In this document: positions 27,938-40,894 of the stretch, piece by piece
Numbering within the stretch: the first letter of the stretch is position 1
How the letters are laid out: every line of letters starts with the position of its first letter
NCBI GenBank assembly: GCA_951406725.2
Contig: OX597819.1
Span: forward strand, 109,058,001 to 109,122,000
Source of the DNA: Octopus vulgaris
Lineage: Eukaryota
Direction: 5' to 3'
Length of the DNA: 64,000 nt
Notes under the pieces: generated by a model
What the model was told of the DNA's origin: nothing
Seen by the model: the letters and a program-made list of their open reading frames with translations, nothing else
The model's database searches: none
Made by a program: the position numbers and the translations under genes

Positions 27938-30230
27938 TTCTTTTTCTCTGAGCTGTCTTTCTGCTCTTTTATTTATTTTTGACTGTGTTAAACTGCTCAT
28001 TTTGAACTATTTAATTTTCTTTTTCTGCAAACATGGCAAAAAAAGACTTCTTTGGATTGGGAAATTGTGCCTCCAAGGCAAGTGGTTGGAAAATTTCAAT
28101 GAGAGAACTGTAGTGTTGAGAACTTATTGTAAGTCTCTCAACACCATTACGGTATTCCCTCAAATTGAGATAGAAAAAGAGTTGACAGAATGTCTGCCAA
28201 CTATTAAGTTTATTGCCAGGGGTGTCAGGTATGCGACGGTGTGGTTGCTATTTGACACCCCTAAGGAGAGTTGCAATTTTACGAGCCAGCTCTTAGAAGG
28301 GCAAAAAATTCTGTTTCTTCCTACATATGGTGGGAAGTAATTAACAAGAGCTTGGGTCTGTGTGCTGCCATCCAGAATAGAACCTGAGTGGATAGAAGAC
28401 ACTATCCACCAGGGTCTGGGTTGCAGCGGAGCCAAGCTCATCATCATCATCATCATCGTTTAACGTCCGTTCTCCATGCTAGCATGGGTTGGACGGTTCG
28501 ACCGGGGATCTGGGAAGCCAGAAGGCTGCACAGGCTCCAGTCTTATCTGGCAGTGTTTCTACAGCTGGATGCCCTTCCTAACGCCAACCACTCCGTGAGT
28601 GTAGTGGGTGCTTTTTACGTGCCACCTGCACAGGTGCCAGGCGAGACTGGCAACGGCCACGGTCGGATTGGTGTATTTTATGTGCCACCGGCACGGAAGC
28701 CAGACGAGGCGGTGCTGGCATCGGCCACGAGTCGGATGGTGCTTTTTACGTACCACCAGACCAGGGATCCTGGCTGGTTCAATTCGATTTCGATTTTGCT
28801 TGCCCCAACATGTCTTCGCAAGCAAGGGGGTTGGCATGGGTGCCTGTTGTACGGTCAGATTGGTGTATTTTACGTGCCACCGGCACGGAAGCCAGTGGAG
28901 GCGGCGCTGGCATCGGCCATGAGTCGGATAGTGCTTTTTACGTACCACCAGACCAGGGAACCTGGCTGGTTCAATTCGATTTCGCTTGCCCCAACATGTC
29001 TTCGCAAGCAAGGGGGTTGGCATGGGTGCCTGTCGTACGGTCAGATTGGTGTATTTTACGTGCCACCGGCACAGGTATTAATGTTAAAGTGTTGCCTGCG
29101 GTGTATTGGGTGGGATCAAAATCGGTTTTGACCCTGTAGACCCAATCAGCCAATGATCTGGTTTTTCCAGATTTTTTGAGGATGGCTGGTTCTAGGTATC
29201 CAGTGATTCTTGAGGGATGCCCCCACCCCCACTCCTAAGTGTCACCTGTGCCAGGAACCAGGCCACATTAAGAAGAACTGCTCCCAAGACCAAGGTAAGG
29301 TCCTGAAGCAGTTAACAAAAGCAGTGCCCCCTGCTCCTCCATCTGAGGGAGAGATGAAGGCATTCAAGGAGGTGAAGACCTCCTTGGAAAAAGATAAAAG
29401 AAAGGTGGGTAACACTGGTTGCCCGTCAATGGATCCTGAGGCGGCAGGAGGGAAGGAAAATCTTCCAGACAAAACAAAAGAACTCCACCCTCCTGTCGTA
29501 AAGGAGAAAAGAAGAAAAAAGAAAAATGGGGCATTGCCGGCAGTTGCTAGTACACTGCCGGCATGTCCAGAAACCCCTTCAGTGAAAATTGTGCCACTAG
29601 AGGAGGGGATTTGAGGACTCTCCTCATGTGGAAGAGGAATTTGTAGTCCTGTTCCACAAAGGAGGGAAAATCAAAAAGTTTAATAAAAAAGGTTGAAGGG
29701 AAGGGATTCTTACCTGTACCAAGAACCCTGGCCTCCGCAGGTGACTGCAGAGGTTGTGTGGGAAACAAATTTGTTCGAGGTAATGGATTCCTTCCCCGAA
29801 GACACATTCCGCTTCATGCTGAAGCACCCCAAACTAGCACCATCAAGGTGCTTGAGTGAGGCATTGAGCCTGGTCGGATGACAGCGGGGCGGAAAAAATT
29901 AAGAGGCTTAGTGCCTCGTATTGTGTATCAAAATTAAGATAAGAGGTTTAATGCCTCGGTTTGTTGTTTCTTTGAGTTTATTGTTTGTAAGAGGCTCAGG
30001 GCCTCAATTTATAATGAACTATGGAACTAAACTAAGAGGTTTAATACCTCATATTGTTTTTACTGTGTAAAAAAAAAAAGAATAATGTTTCAGAGAGGCA
30101 AAAGATCGGCAGGCATCTTTTGTCTTCTCCCATCAATATCATCCTTTTCATCACTCATCTCATTAATGTTTTTGTCCAGCCTGCAAGCTACTCCCTCTGT
30201 GTTATGCCTTTATGGCAAAATTTTGAAATA
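27938..30230 (+). mobile_element. Decayed ORF1/gag-like (CCHC zinc knuckle) retroelement with no RT
   Basis: Broken reading frame ~28014-29881 incl. CHLCQEPGHIKKNC (CX2CX4HX4C); four 3' stem-loops; A-run at 30069-30079; 16-bp TSD with one mismatch. Confidence 0.65.
28439..29075 (-). mobile_element. Family C SINE-like element nested in the ORF1 element
   Basis: (CAT)n tail then CGTTTAACGTCCG...CTGGATGCCCTTCC and tandem TACGTGCCACCGGCAC units; interrupts the ORF between ...GAKL and INVKVLP. Confidence 0.8.
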
Positions 30231-30389
30231 AAGTAGCTTGCTTACCAACAACATGGTTCTGGGTTTAGTTCCACTGCATGGCACCTTGGGCAAGTGTCTT
30301 GTGCTATAGTCTTGGGCTGATCAAAGCCTTGTAAGTGGAGTTGGTAGATGGAAACTGAAAGAAGCCCATAGTATATATATATATATGTA

Positions 30390-30428
<39 letters not shown>

Positions 30429-30636
30429 TGCATGTGTGTGTGTATTTTTGTGTGTCTGATGTTGGTGTGTTCACCTCCCTGTAACTTATCAGCAAAAGTG
30501 ATTGATAAAATAAGTACTAGGCTTACAAAGAATAAGTCCTGGGGTTGATTTGTTTGACTAAAGGCAGTGCTCCAGCATAGCTGCAGTTAAATGACTGAAA
30601 CAAATAAAAGAATTATATATAAAGAATTATATATAA

Positions 30637-30683
<47 letters not shown>

Positions 30684-31774
30684 CTAGCTGGTGTACCCAG
30701 TAATTCCCGGGGGTAAAGATGTTCTATTGAAATGCCTTTTCCTCATAACTGCAACAAAAAGTGTATTTTCTGTCACGGAAAATTACAAAAATCTGTCAGC
30801 TGGATTAGGGAGAGATTGTTGTAAGTTGGCAAGAGAGGTTTCTGGAGGTTGGCAGGAAAGATTGTCGGAAGTGTGTGAGAGAGATTGTCAGAAGTTGGCA
30901 AGAGGCAAAGACATTATTCTGCTTAGCGAAGGCATCTGGGAAATGTATAACTGCTATCATTCACAGAAAATCTATTGTTTTACCACGAGAAAAGCGTTGT
31001 TGAAGTGTTAAGGGAAATTTGGCTATCAAGGATCGAATCCACACTATGCCTGCATGAAGGCACTACAAATACACTGTGGAATAAAAAATTTATCTACTGT
31101 CATGGAAAAAGCCTAACTGTAAAAATGCAGAATCATCAGAGTAATGGGCATTCAAAAAGTATGTATGTATAGAAATGCATGAATGAAGTCTAATGTTTAA
31201 GGTTCAAATTAAGGAAATGCAATAATAATGTTTAGCAGTTCAAAACTGTGAGTAGTGAAATGCAGAATTAAGTCAGCTGATTGTGAGAATCAAATATTGA
31301 TCGCTTCTCTAAAATCTGCAGGTGGTATGGGTTATTTCCCTTGGGTTGTTTAAATAAAATATTAGTAATATGTAGTAGATAGAAGGATCCATTGCAAGGG
31401 CCCTATCATTGATTTTTATCAACAATCTAAGTATGTCACGAGGTTTCCACACATGAGTTATACTCACATGTCAAATAAAGTATAAAAGTGATATTGTCTG
31501 CAAAAATTAGAAATAGGACACACAAAAAAAATCAATATTCAAAGTTATCAAACATAAAAAAATGAAATGGGTTATTTCCCTTGAGTGTTTAAAAAGATAT
31601 TGTACAGGTACTATGGGTTATTTTCCTTGGGTGTTTAAAAAAATTAGTTATATGAGGTAGATATGGAGTTCTATTCACGTGTCAAGATACATCAAAATCA
31701 ATAAAATGATGTAGGAGGAGTTAGCTAACAATGCCACAAACAAAAACACACCGATTTTCCACATATGTAGTAGA
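30684..31774 (-). mobile_element. Non-autonomous Helitron
   Basis: Minus strand starts A|TCTACTAC and ends CCCGGGAATTACTGGG...CTAG|T (subterminal hairpin plus CTAG); internal repeats of ATGGGTTATTTCCCTTG. Confidence 0.7.
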
Positions 31775-31851
31775 TATTTCTGTATATTATATATATATAC
31801 ATATTTCTGTATATTATATATAGCTAGATATTTATGTATATTATATATATA

Positions 31852-32201
31852 TGAACCTCTCAGATTTAATATAGTATGAATATATATAGATATATAAATA
31901 TCTATATATATTTACGTATATTATTATAAATATATATACATATATACATATTTATATATATATAAATATACATGTATATAAAAATGTGTATATATATATA
32001 TATTTATACAAAAATTTATATATCTATATATTTATACATAAACATATATATATATTTATATATATGTACATATATAAATATATATACATATTTATATATG
32101 TATAAATATATACATAAATATAAATATATATTTGCATATGTATAAATATATATATATATTAATATATATTCATACTATATTAAATCTCTGAGCAAGGTTC
32201 A
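31852..32201. repeat. ~35-bp inverted repeats enclosing a TA-rich microsatellite
   Basis: TGAACC..TCAGATTTAATATAGTATGAATAT at 31852 versus ATATTCATACTATATTAAATCT...GGTTCA ending at 32201. Confidence 0.65.
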
Positions 32202-33523
32202 CACATATATATATGTATGTATATAAATATATACATATAAATATAAATGTATGTATGTGTGTGTGTGTGTATATATATATATACACATATATATGCATTG
32301 TTGCCAACCTGATGGCCTAGTTGTGAAGTTCACTTTGTAACAATATGGCTTCCAGTTCACTCCTACCACATGTGTCTTCTACTATAGCTTTTCGCTGACC
32401 AATACCTTATGAGTAGAATTGGTAGAGGGAAACAGAATCTATTGTGTGTGTAAGTGTGAATACCACTCCCTGATCATTTGAGGGGTCTTGTCTTGCAAGT
32501 TACCAGGTGACCTCATCACAGTTGCAGGTGCCATATAGAAAGTGCTCTGTACACTCTGTAAAGCGGTTTGCATTAGGAAAAGCATCCAACCATAGAAGTC
32601 ATATGAAAGCAGAGTTTGGTGCAGTCTTCCCACTTGCCGGTTCATGTCAAACTTTATAACCTATACCAGCATAGAAAATAGACATTAAATAATGATAATT
32701 ATGTTTATATGTGTTTGAAAGTGTGTATGTGTGTTTCTGTCTCATTGGCTTGATATTGCATGATTGTTGTAAAATGAATATCATTTACTTCTAATATTCT
32801 GCAAAGAAATGTCTGATCACGGGGACAATATTATTTTGCTTGGAAACAGGTATGAGTAGACAACAGGAAGGGCAGTCAGTGATAGAAAATCTGCCTCAAT
32901 AAACTCTGTCTGACCCACACAAACATAGAAAAGAGGGCATTAAAACAATGATGATGATGAACATATCAGCTACTGCAAATAGGACATGCACATCTTTGTG
33001 TTGTTTCTATATACTAATAGATTAAGAGATTCAGTTTTATTCAAATTACAATGCTTTTTTTTTTCTTTTAATCTTTCTCTTCCCAACCAATTTTAGCCAA
33101 AACTAAAAGTTGAACTTGATGGCTTATTTGACAATTATGAAAAAAAATGAAACCCTTCCATACAGAAGTGATAAAGCTTTCCACATACTGGCATAATCTA
33201 TCATCAATGCAGTGACGGTATGTTACTAGATTTTTGCAGTAGTGGTTGTCCTAATGGTAACGATGAGTCAATGGTACATCAATGCAGCAATAAAACAGGT
33301 TTAAAATGTAGACCAACAACACCAATAAATTGATGTGTCATCAATCTGCTGACTCATTCCAAATTTGTATACATTTGAACAAGCTGCAGTACATTGTATT
33401 TTCATCTGTCTCAACTCTGAAAAGCTCAACCATTCATGGGATTTAACTTCAACACATATCTCTTTTTCTTTGCCATGGTTACCTGTTCTTTAAGGTGTTA
33501 TCTATTACATGTACATGAACATG

Positions 33524-34071
33524 AACGTCGAAATAAATATCAATGGAAATAGTAGTTGTGATGCCTGTGCCGGTGGCACATGAAAAGCACCATCCGAACA
33601 TGGCCGTAGCCAGCGCCGACTCGACTGGCTTCTGTGCCGGTGGCACATAAAAAGCACTATCCGAACGTGGCCAATGCCAGCGCCGCTCCGACTGGCTTCT
33701 GTGCCGGTGGCACATAAAAAGCACCATCCGAACGTGGCCGATGCCAGCGCTGCCCCGACTGGCTTCTGTGCCGGTGGCACATAAAAAGCACCATCCAAAC
33801 GTTGCCAGCGCCGCCTTGGCTGGCACGTTAAAAGCTCCAACCGATCATGGACGATGCCGCCCGCCCCCTGGCACCTGTGCAGGTGGCACGTAAAAAGCAC
33901 CCACTACACTTGTGGAGTGGTTGGCGTTAGGAAGGGCATCCAGCTGTAGAAACTCTGCCAGATCAGACTGGAGCCTGGAGCAGCACCTGGCTTCCCAGAC
34001 CCCGGTCGAACCATCCAACCCGTGCTAGCGCGGAAAACGGACGTTAAACGAGGATGATGATGATGATGATG
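33524..34071 (+). mobile_element. Family C SINE-like element with internal 67-bp tandem units and (GAT)n tail
   Basis: CTGTGCCGGTGGCACA recurs at 33565, 33632, 33699 and 33766; ends GGACGTTAAACGAG(GAT)n. Confidence 0.8.
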
Positions 34072-35039
34072 TAGCCATTTGTAACCCACATATCAGCTAT
34101 GTCCTATTTCTTTATCATTTCAAGAATGCATCTAAGTTTATGTTACAAAATACATATTATATATTACTTATAATATATGCTGACATAGGTTGGACAGTCT
34201 GAGAGAAGGTGGCAACCATAAGGACTGTGCCAAGTTTTACTGTCGGCTTTGGCATGGTTTCTACAGCTGGATACCCTTCCTAATAGTGGTGAGGGAGGTG
34301 GCTTTGTTCTGGGTAACGAGAGGGTAAGCTATGATAGAAAGAAAGGAATATGTATCTTGCCATAGAGGAGAGAATATTATATTATATAAACTTGCACCCA
34401 AGTTTATGTTCGACAACTAGATACCAACAGAATAAGTATTAAGGTCAATTTGATTGATTAATTCCTTCAAGGTGGTGCTCCAGTATGGCAAAGAAACAAA
34501 TAAAAGAGAAAAAAAAGGAAAGAATATAAAAACATTTAAAAGCAGTTGGGGATGAAGGATGTTTTTAATTTTTCTATCAAATCTTCAAACTAATAGTTAG
34601 GTAAAGTAAGCCATTGTAATTAATTGACATCTGGGTCTGGTAAACAGCGAGTAAATTAAGAACAGACTAAAATAATTTTGTTTTTAAATCTGAAAACGAA
34701 GGCAATCCTTTTGCGTTCGTTATGTTGAGGTAAGCTTTCCAAGGGAAGTAACTTGTACATTTACTATTTAAAACTTTTCCATACGTGACTAAATTTACTT
34801 AAAGAGCAGTTCATGGAACTGTATTAGCTTACCTTATTTACTTCCATAACAAATTTAAAAATCCAACGACACAAATTTTCTTGCTTCACGATTATTTACC
34901 TAGTATGAACAGAGTCTAATGTGACGATTATCCCAGGTTGGCACTCATCAAGCAGTTCTATCATCAAAGGCATTCCAGCCATAACAGGACTTTACTATTC
35001 AGTATAATGGTAGAGTGAAATCTAAAGAAAATGTGGATG

Positions 35040-35370
35040 CTTGCTTGTTTGTTGAGCGAAGCAGACTTCGTCCGTAGTAGATGTCCGATACGTGGTCCTT
35101 TGCTATTTGTAAGACCCGCAGAAGAGAAAGCAGGTCAACCCCCGACACCGAGAGCATCAATGGATGGATGAATGCACATCCAAGCTCAGCAATCGTGTAG
35201 GAAGTCGGGGACAAGAAACAGGAAGAAAGAGTATAACAGGGGTGGCCACTACCCCCTGCTGGAGCCTCGTGGAGCTTTAGGTGTTTTTGCTCAATAAACA
35301 CACACAACGCCCGGTCTGGGAATCGAAACCACGAGTCCACTGCCCTAACCACTGGGCCATTGTGGCTCCT
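35040..35370 (-). mobile_element. tRNA-derived SINE (different family)
   Basis: Minus-strand head TGGCCCAGTGGTTAG (A-box) and GGTTTCGATTCC (B-box) followed by a non-tRNA body. Confidence 0.65.
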
Positions 35371-36309
35371 GTGGTTGCTGTTCTTAGCAAGAGGGTATAG
35401 AACAGGTACCAGTTGAGCACTGGAATTGATGTAATCAACTAGCTTTCCTCCTGCAAAATTTCCGGCTTTGTGCCTATTGTAGAAAGAAAAAAGACAATGA
35501 GCTGCATCACTGCCTTCAAATAACAATTTTTCTCAAGAGAGAAAGGTTGTCAACCTGTTTATAAAGATATAGTTGTTCAATGTTCTGCTTTTTTACAGAG
35601 TTGGCCTGGTACAACAGTAGAAGACACTCACCCAAAGTGCTATGCATAGACTAAATCCAAAAGCACATAGTTGCAAAGCAATCATCTTAACCATATGTCC
35701 ATGCCAACATCAGTAGAACACACACACGCATATATATATATATATATGTTTTATACTTATGGAGTGTTTAGCGTTAGAAAGGGCATCCAGCTGTAGAAAC
35801 CGTGTCAAATCAGATTGGAACCTGGTGCTGTCCTCCAGCTTGTCAAACCGTCTCATGTATGCCCACATGGAAAGCAGATGCTAAGTGATGATGATGATGA
35901 AATATAATAGATTCAAGAGAAACGAGATTGATTGACACTGTCTCACTGAAGAGTGAAATCGCCAAGCAATAGAGGGCAGCCAAGCATAGCATCATGCATT
36001 CATTGGTGTTGAGAATGAAAGGGGAACTGAGAGATGTAGAAGAGAGCCATGCTGCAAACCATGCCAGTCTGAAAAGAAATAGCATGCATAAAATTGTCAA
36101 TAATTAAAAGTATGAAATGGCTTTGGCCAGGAATTGAAACCTGCTCATTAGTTTAGAATTTACACAATACCTTTTGTTCTACCGACAATACAGGTTCCTC
36201 CTTTTTGAACATTTTTACTGGGACACCTTGTCTTCTTGTAGTATATCTGGGATAAAGCAACCCGATGGAACCCATTTCTAAGTTATACTATCTACTAGAA
36301 ATAATAATA

Positions 36310-38285
36310 CTAATCCTTTCTACCATATGCACAAGGCCTGAAATTTTGTGGGAAGGGGCTAGTTGATTACATCAACCCCAGTGTTCAACTGGTACTTACT
36401 TCATCAACCCCATAAGGATGAAAGGCAAAGATGACCATGGCAGAATTTGAATACAGGATATAAAGACAGACAAAATGCCACTAAACATATGTCCAGCGTA
36501 GTAACAATTCTGCTAGCTTGCTGCTTTACTAATGACAATAATGTATTCTTTTATTGCCACAAAACAAAGCCTGAGAGTATTATAAGGGTCAATTACAAAA
36601 TGATGTGAGATGGGAATGTTGAATGTATGATAGGTAACAAACAAATGTATAAGTGATGCTGAATATATTATATGTCTCTAAAGAGGCCGGCTACCTTGAA
36701 GCAATCAGGGAATCTACAGATCCTAAGTTACCCTGACTAAAGGTGAGTGCTCAGTCCAAATATGTGTTATTCTTGTTATATATTTAGAATAGGCTATTGC
36801 AGCTTTCACTTACCTTTCAACAGATTTATTGGCAAGCAGTACTACCTTCTCTACTCTTATCATCTTTAACCAATACCTGAAGAAGTCAACATGGGCTTTA
36901 TCAGAGAGGAAAATCTGTCCTTAGTACCTTCAATCATTTCCTCAACACTGCTATGGGTGATTTTTTTTTCTTTTTCTTTTTTTTTTTGCAAGGTCACCAG
37001 GTTTAAGAAAACTATCTTCCTTGCTAAAGGGATGTGGTGGATCAATGTTACCAATGGAATAAGTTGAGGGCATTTGAATTCAAAGCATATCAGAATGCAG
37101 TTAAATACAATAAGGTATTACCTACAAGATATTACTGTTTCTTCCAGTATAATGCCCAGTCATACAATCCTTGTTTCTAACATAGCACAGGGCCAACAAT
37201 TTTGAAAGGAGAGTGTTAGTCAAAAACATGAAACCCAGCACATGACTGGCATTTATCAACCCCAAAAAGGTGAAAATAACTGTTCTTGACAATATCTGAA
37301 CTGAGGATGTAAAGAGCTACAAGATATTTTTTCCAAGTGCTTTGAGTCTGCCAGTGTGCCACCTTAATTAGAATAATAACAATTATGATTTCTAATCATG
37401 GCACAAGGTCAGCAAATTTGGAGTGAGGAGTTAATCAATACCATCAACCAAGCACTTGACTAATACTTTATTTTATTGAGCCCAAAAGAATGAACAGCAA
37501 AGATGACCTAGACAGGATTTGAACTTAGAATGTCAAAATCCAAAAAGAATACTGAAAGGCATTTTTTCTGATGTACCAATAGTTCTGCTAACTTGCCACC
37601 TAAACAGGAATAATTATGACTTCCAACTTTGACACAAGGCCAGAAATTTTGAGGGGAGGGGGAAATTGATTATATTACACCCCCCCCCCCCCAGTGCTGA
37701 ACTGGTACACATTTTATTGACCTCAAAAGGATGAAAGGCGAACTAGACCACGGCAGAATTTGAACTCAGAACATAAAAGCCAAAAGAAATGCCGTTAAGC
37801 ATTTTGCCTGATGCTCTAACAATCCTGCCAGTTCACTGCTTTAATAATAATAATAATCTTCTCTACAATAGGCACAAGGCCTAAAGTTTTGGGAGAGGAG
37901 GTTAGTTGATTACATCGACTCCAGTGCTCAATAAATACTTATTTTATTGACCCTGAAAGGAGGAAAGATAAAGTCAACCACAGCAGAATTTGAATACGGA
38001 ATGTAAAGCTGTAAGAAACACAGCTAAACATTGTCCAGCATGCTAGTGATTCTGGCACTTCTAACACAGCCTGAAGACCACAAATTTTGGGGAAAGCTTT
38101 CTATATTAAATCACTCTCAATACTTGAATGGTACCTGCATTTTATCAACTTTGGAAAGCTGAAAAGCAAAGAAGGCCATACTTGACATGGGAGCATTTAA
38201 GGTAAAGTCGATACCAATTCAGAACATAGAGGACTGTCATTGAATACCACAAGACATTTTGTATGATGATCAAATAATTCTACTA
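36310..38285 (-). mobile_element. Cluster of ~6 co-oriented, diverged family B SINEs
   Basis: Recurrent GGCACAAGGCC...ATTTGAACTCAGAA...TTCTGCCAG blocks about every 220-240 bp from 37170 to 38285, plus one at 36316-36530. Confidence 0.75.
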
Positions 38286-38358
38286 TCATGGTAGTAGTAG
38301 TAATAGTGGTAGTGACAAGCACAATCATAATTACAACAACAGCAACAATACAAATATT

Positions 38359-38563
38359 TTATTTAACTTTTTTTTTCCCCTTTCCTCCCTTTTTCTTCTG
38401 ATTATTCTTTGCCTTCATCGATCGTTTGTCCTTCTTTAATCGTCTGTCAACCACCTTGAAAGGTCCCTTGGGTTTCGCACCCTTTGTTCCACCACCTTTC
38501 TTGGATATCACATAAGAAACTTCTTTCTTCTGTTTCGTTAGCAAACCAGCTTTCTTGTAAATT
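38359..38563 (-). CDS. FTSJ3: FTSJ3/SPB1 pre-rRNA methyltransferase, last coding exon
   Basis: tttatag|A ATT TAC AAG AAA GCT: IYKKAGLLTKQKKEVSYVISKKG...GPFKVVDRRLKKDKR...KKVK*; matches the Spb1_C YKKA...YVV.KK...FKVVD.RMKKD motif. Confidence 0.95.
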
Positions 38564-39022
38564 CTATAAACAGAAATAGATGAAGGATAGGAAAAAAGAA
38601 AATTTTAAATAGACACTTATCAATGTGTACACATATACACACATACATACACATACAGTACTATCATTTATTCGGTTGTCTAATGTATACAAATGATATG
38701 ATATACACAAGCAAGTGTATATCATATCATTCAACCAATTCTAAAAGTGTATATGTGTATATCACATGACTGACCAGACTATTAGATGTTGTTACACATC
38801 ACTGATTACAATGTGCTTTGCATCATTTTAGTCTTCAAATGATGCCACCTTGCTGGCTAAGTGAGCAGGCTAACATTCACCCATGATCGAAAGGAGTGCT
38901 GGAGCAATGTGAAATGAACTCTTTTGCTCAAGAACACAATGCCCCACCCAGTCTGAGAATTGAACTTGTGATCTAGCAGTCATTAGTGAAACTGCTTGAC
39001 CACTAGGCCACATGCCTTCATA

Positions 39023-39066
<44 letters not shown>

Positions 39067-40799
39067 ACATGCACAAACTATACACACAGACATGTTTAAC
39101 AAGATCATTCATTAAGTTCTAATTGTGTGTGTGTGTGTCTATCTCCTTGCACACCAACACCCATAATTAGAATTGGTGAAAAATCAATGCTAATACATAC
39201 ATCTATGCATTATTGTTGTTACACATGCATATACATGCATATTCACTTCATCAATTATGGTCTTCCAAACCCAATACTAAGTACACTCATCATCATCATT
39301 TAACATCTGTTTTTCATGCTGGCATGGGTTGGACAATTTGACAAGGGCTGGTAAAGCTGGGAGCTGCACAAGCTTCTACTGTCTGATTTAGCATGCTTTC
39401 AACAGCTGAAAGCCCTTCTTAATGCAATTTTTTTCATCTTGCAAACACTTTGGTGACCCTGTCAGTGCAGGTGCCACTTAAAAGCACTGTTCACACTGTA
39501 AAGTGGTTGGTGCCACGTAAAAACCACTCAGTTCACTCTGCTGAGTGGTTGGTGTTAGGAAAGGCATCCAGCTGTAAAAATCCTGCGAAAACAGTCACAG
39601 AAGTCTGGTGCAGGCTTCTGCTTGGCCGGCTCTTGTGAAACCTTTCTACCATGCTAGCATGGAAGATGGACATTAAATGATGACGATGATTTCCTAACTA
39701 CTAGTAAAGTTACAAAAGTGACTCGAAACCAATTTTTTAAAAAATCACACATACAGATGCACATAAACAGATATTTATCACAACACAGCAATTACTAGAA
39801 GCCCAAAATAAACTTAAAATCAGTTTTTAAAGAATTTGCTTTGAAACATTAAACAAATGTAAATACATTGTTTTATCCTCTTTGTACACAAGAAAATAAA
39901 GGAGACTGTCCAGATTATGTTTCATAAATTGTTGATCACTCAGAGGACAAGTACCCCTAAGAGAATTATAGTAACAGAATTTAGCTGTATTGGTTAAACT
40001 AAAACGCATAACATACATTCAATCTCAGTGTGATTAAATAATAAATATCTGCAAAAATCAGATCTTAGCTCATTCTCCATTTTACCCTGAATAAAGGATT
40101 TTTAAAAACTAAAAATATTGACATATTAGGCAAACAAATAAATTTTCACTTTTCTTCTTAATTTATTATTTCCAACTTGTATTCTAAAACACTTTCAAAT
40201 TACATACATATGTGTGTGTTCATTTGTTTTATGTGTACTTTCCATGCTCACATGGGTTGGATACTCTTCCTGGCACTAACCCATACCCGCTTTTCAAGAA
40301 AGGGATCACTTACCCAACATGGCTTTGAAGGCATGATTTCAGGGAAGAAACTAACAACAACACCACCTTTCACACTTTTGGAGAAGGGATTGCAGACATA
40401 AACGCACACACATATATAAATATGCCCCACTTGTTTCTGAATAAGGTAATATTTCCTCATGACTAGACAAGTTTCCATGGAAGATTGGAAATGAAGGACT
40501 GCTTATATATATATATATATATATACGTATGTATAAGCACTCTCCTTCGTTTCCTACCTTCCATAAAAACTTGTCAGAAATTTTTACCTTATTAAGACGC
40601 AAGTAAGGCTTGGAAACAGGGAGGGCATCTGACCATAAAAATCCCATTTTAATGAATTCCATCCAATCCATACATGCATGGAAAAGTGAACGTTAAAATA
40701 ATGATGATGATGATATACATGTCAATATTGTATAAGCCCAAATGCAGACACACATACACCTTTTGACATACACAGAGATGGAAAATATTCTGTACTTAC

Positions 40800-40894
40800 T
40801 CCTTAATCTTCAGCCATTTCTCCCTCTCTGATGTGTCCACACAGTCTGTAATTGTCTCTGCCCTCTTTCGTACCTTCTGCAGTTTCTTTGTCAT
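40800..40894 (-). CDS. FTSJ3: FTSJ3/SPB1 exon
   Basis: tacag|MTKKLQKVRKRAETITDCVDTSEREKWLKIK-E|gtaagt; phases 0/2 fit neighbours. Confidence 0.93.

Larger units (their letters stand above)
27899..30610 (+). mobile_element. Family A SINE split by a 2.3-kb insertion (head 27899-27937, remainder 30231-30610)
   Basis: Head stops at AAGTAGCTTGTTTACC and resumes at AAGTAGCTTGCTTACCAACAACATGGTTC. Confidence 0.8.

Noticed and set aside
33175-33335. Cys-rich frame FPHTGIIYHQCSDG...KCRPTTPIN*
   Set aside because: No start codon context, convincing acceptor or recognisable domain
33560-33900. 67-bp tandem units and ORFs over them (also ~28600-29070, 42815-43030, 46150-46430)
   Set aside because: Internal repeats of a high-copy SINE-like family; the ORFs are incidental
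34999-35526. 175-aa ORF
   Set aside because: Runs across two adjacent SINEs; no protein features
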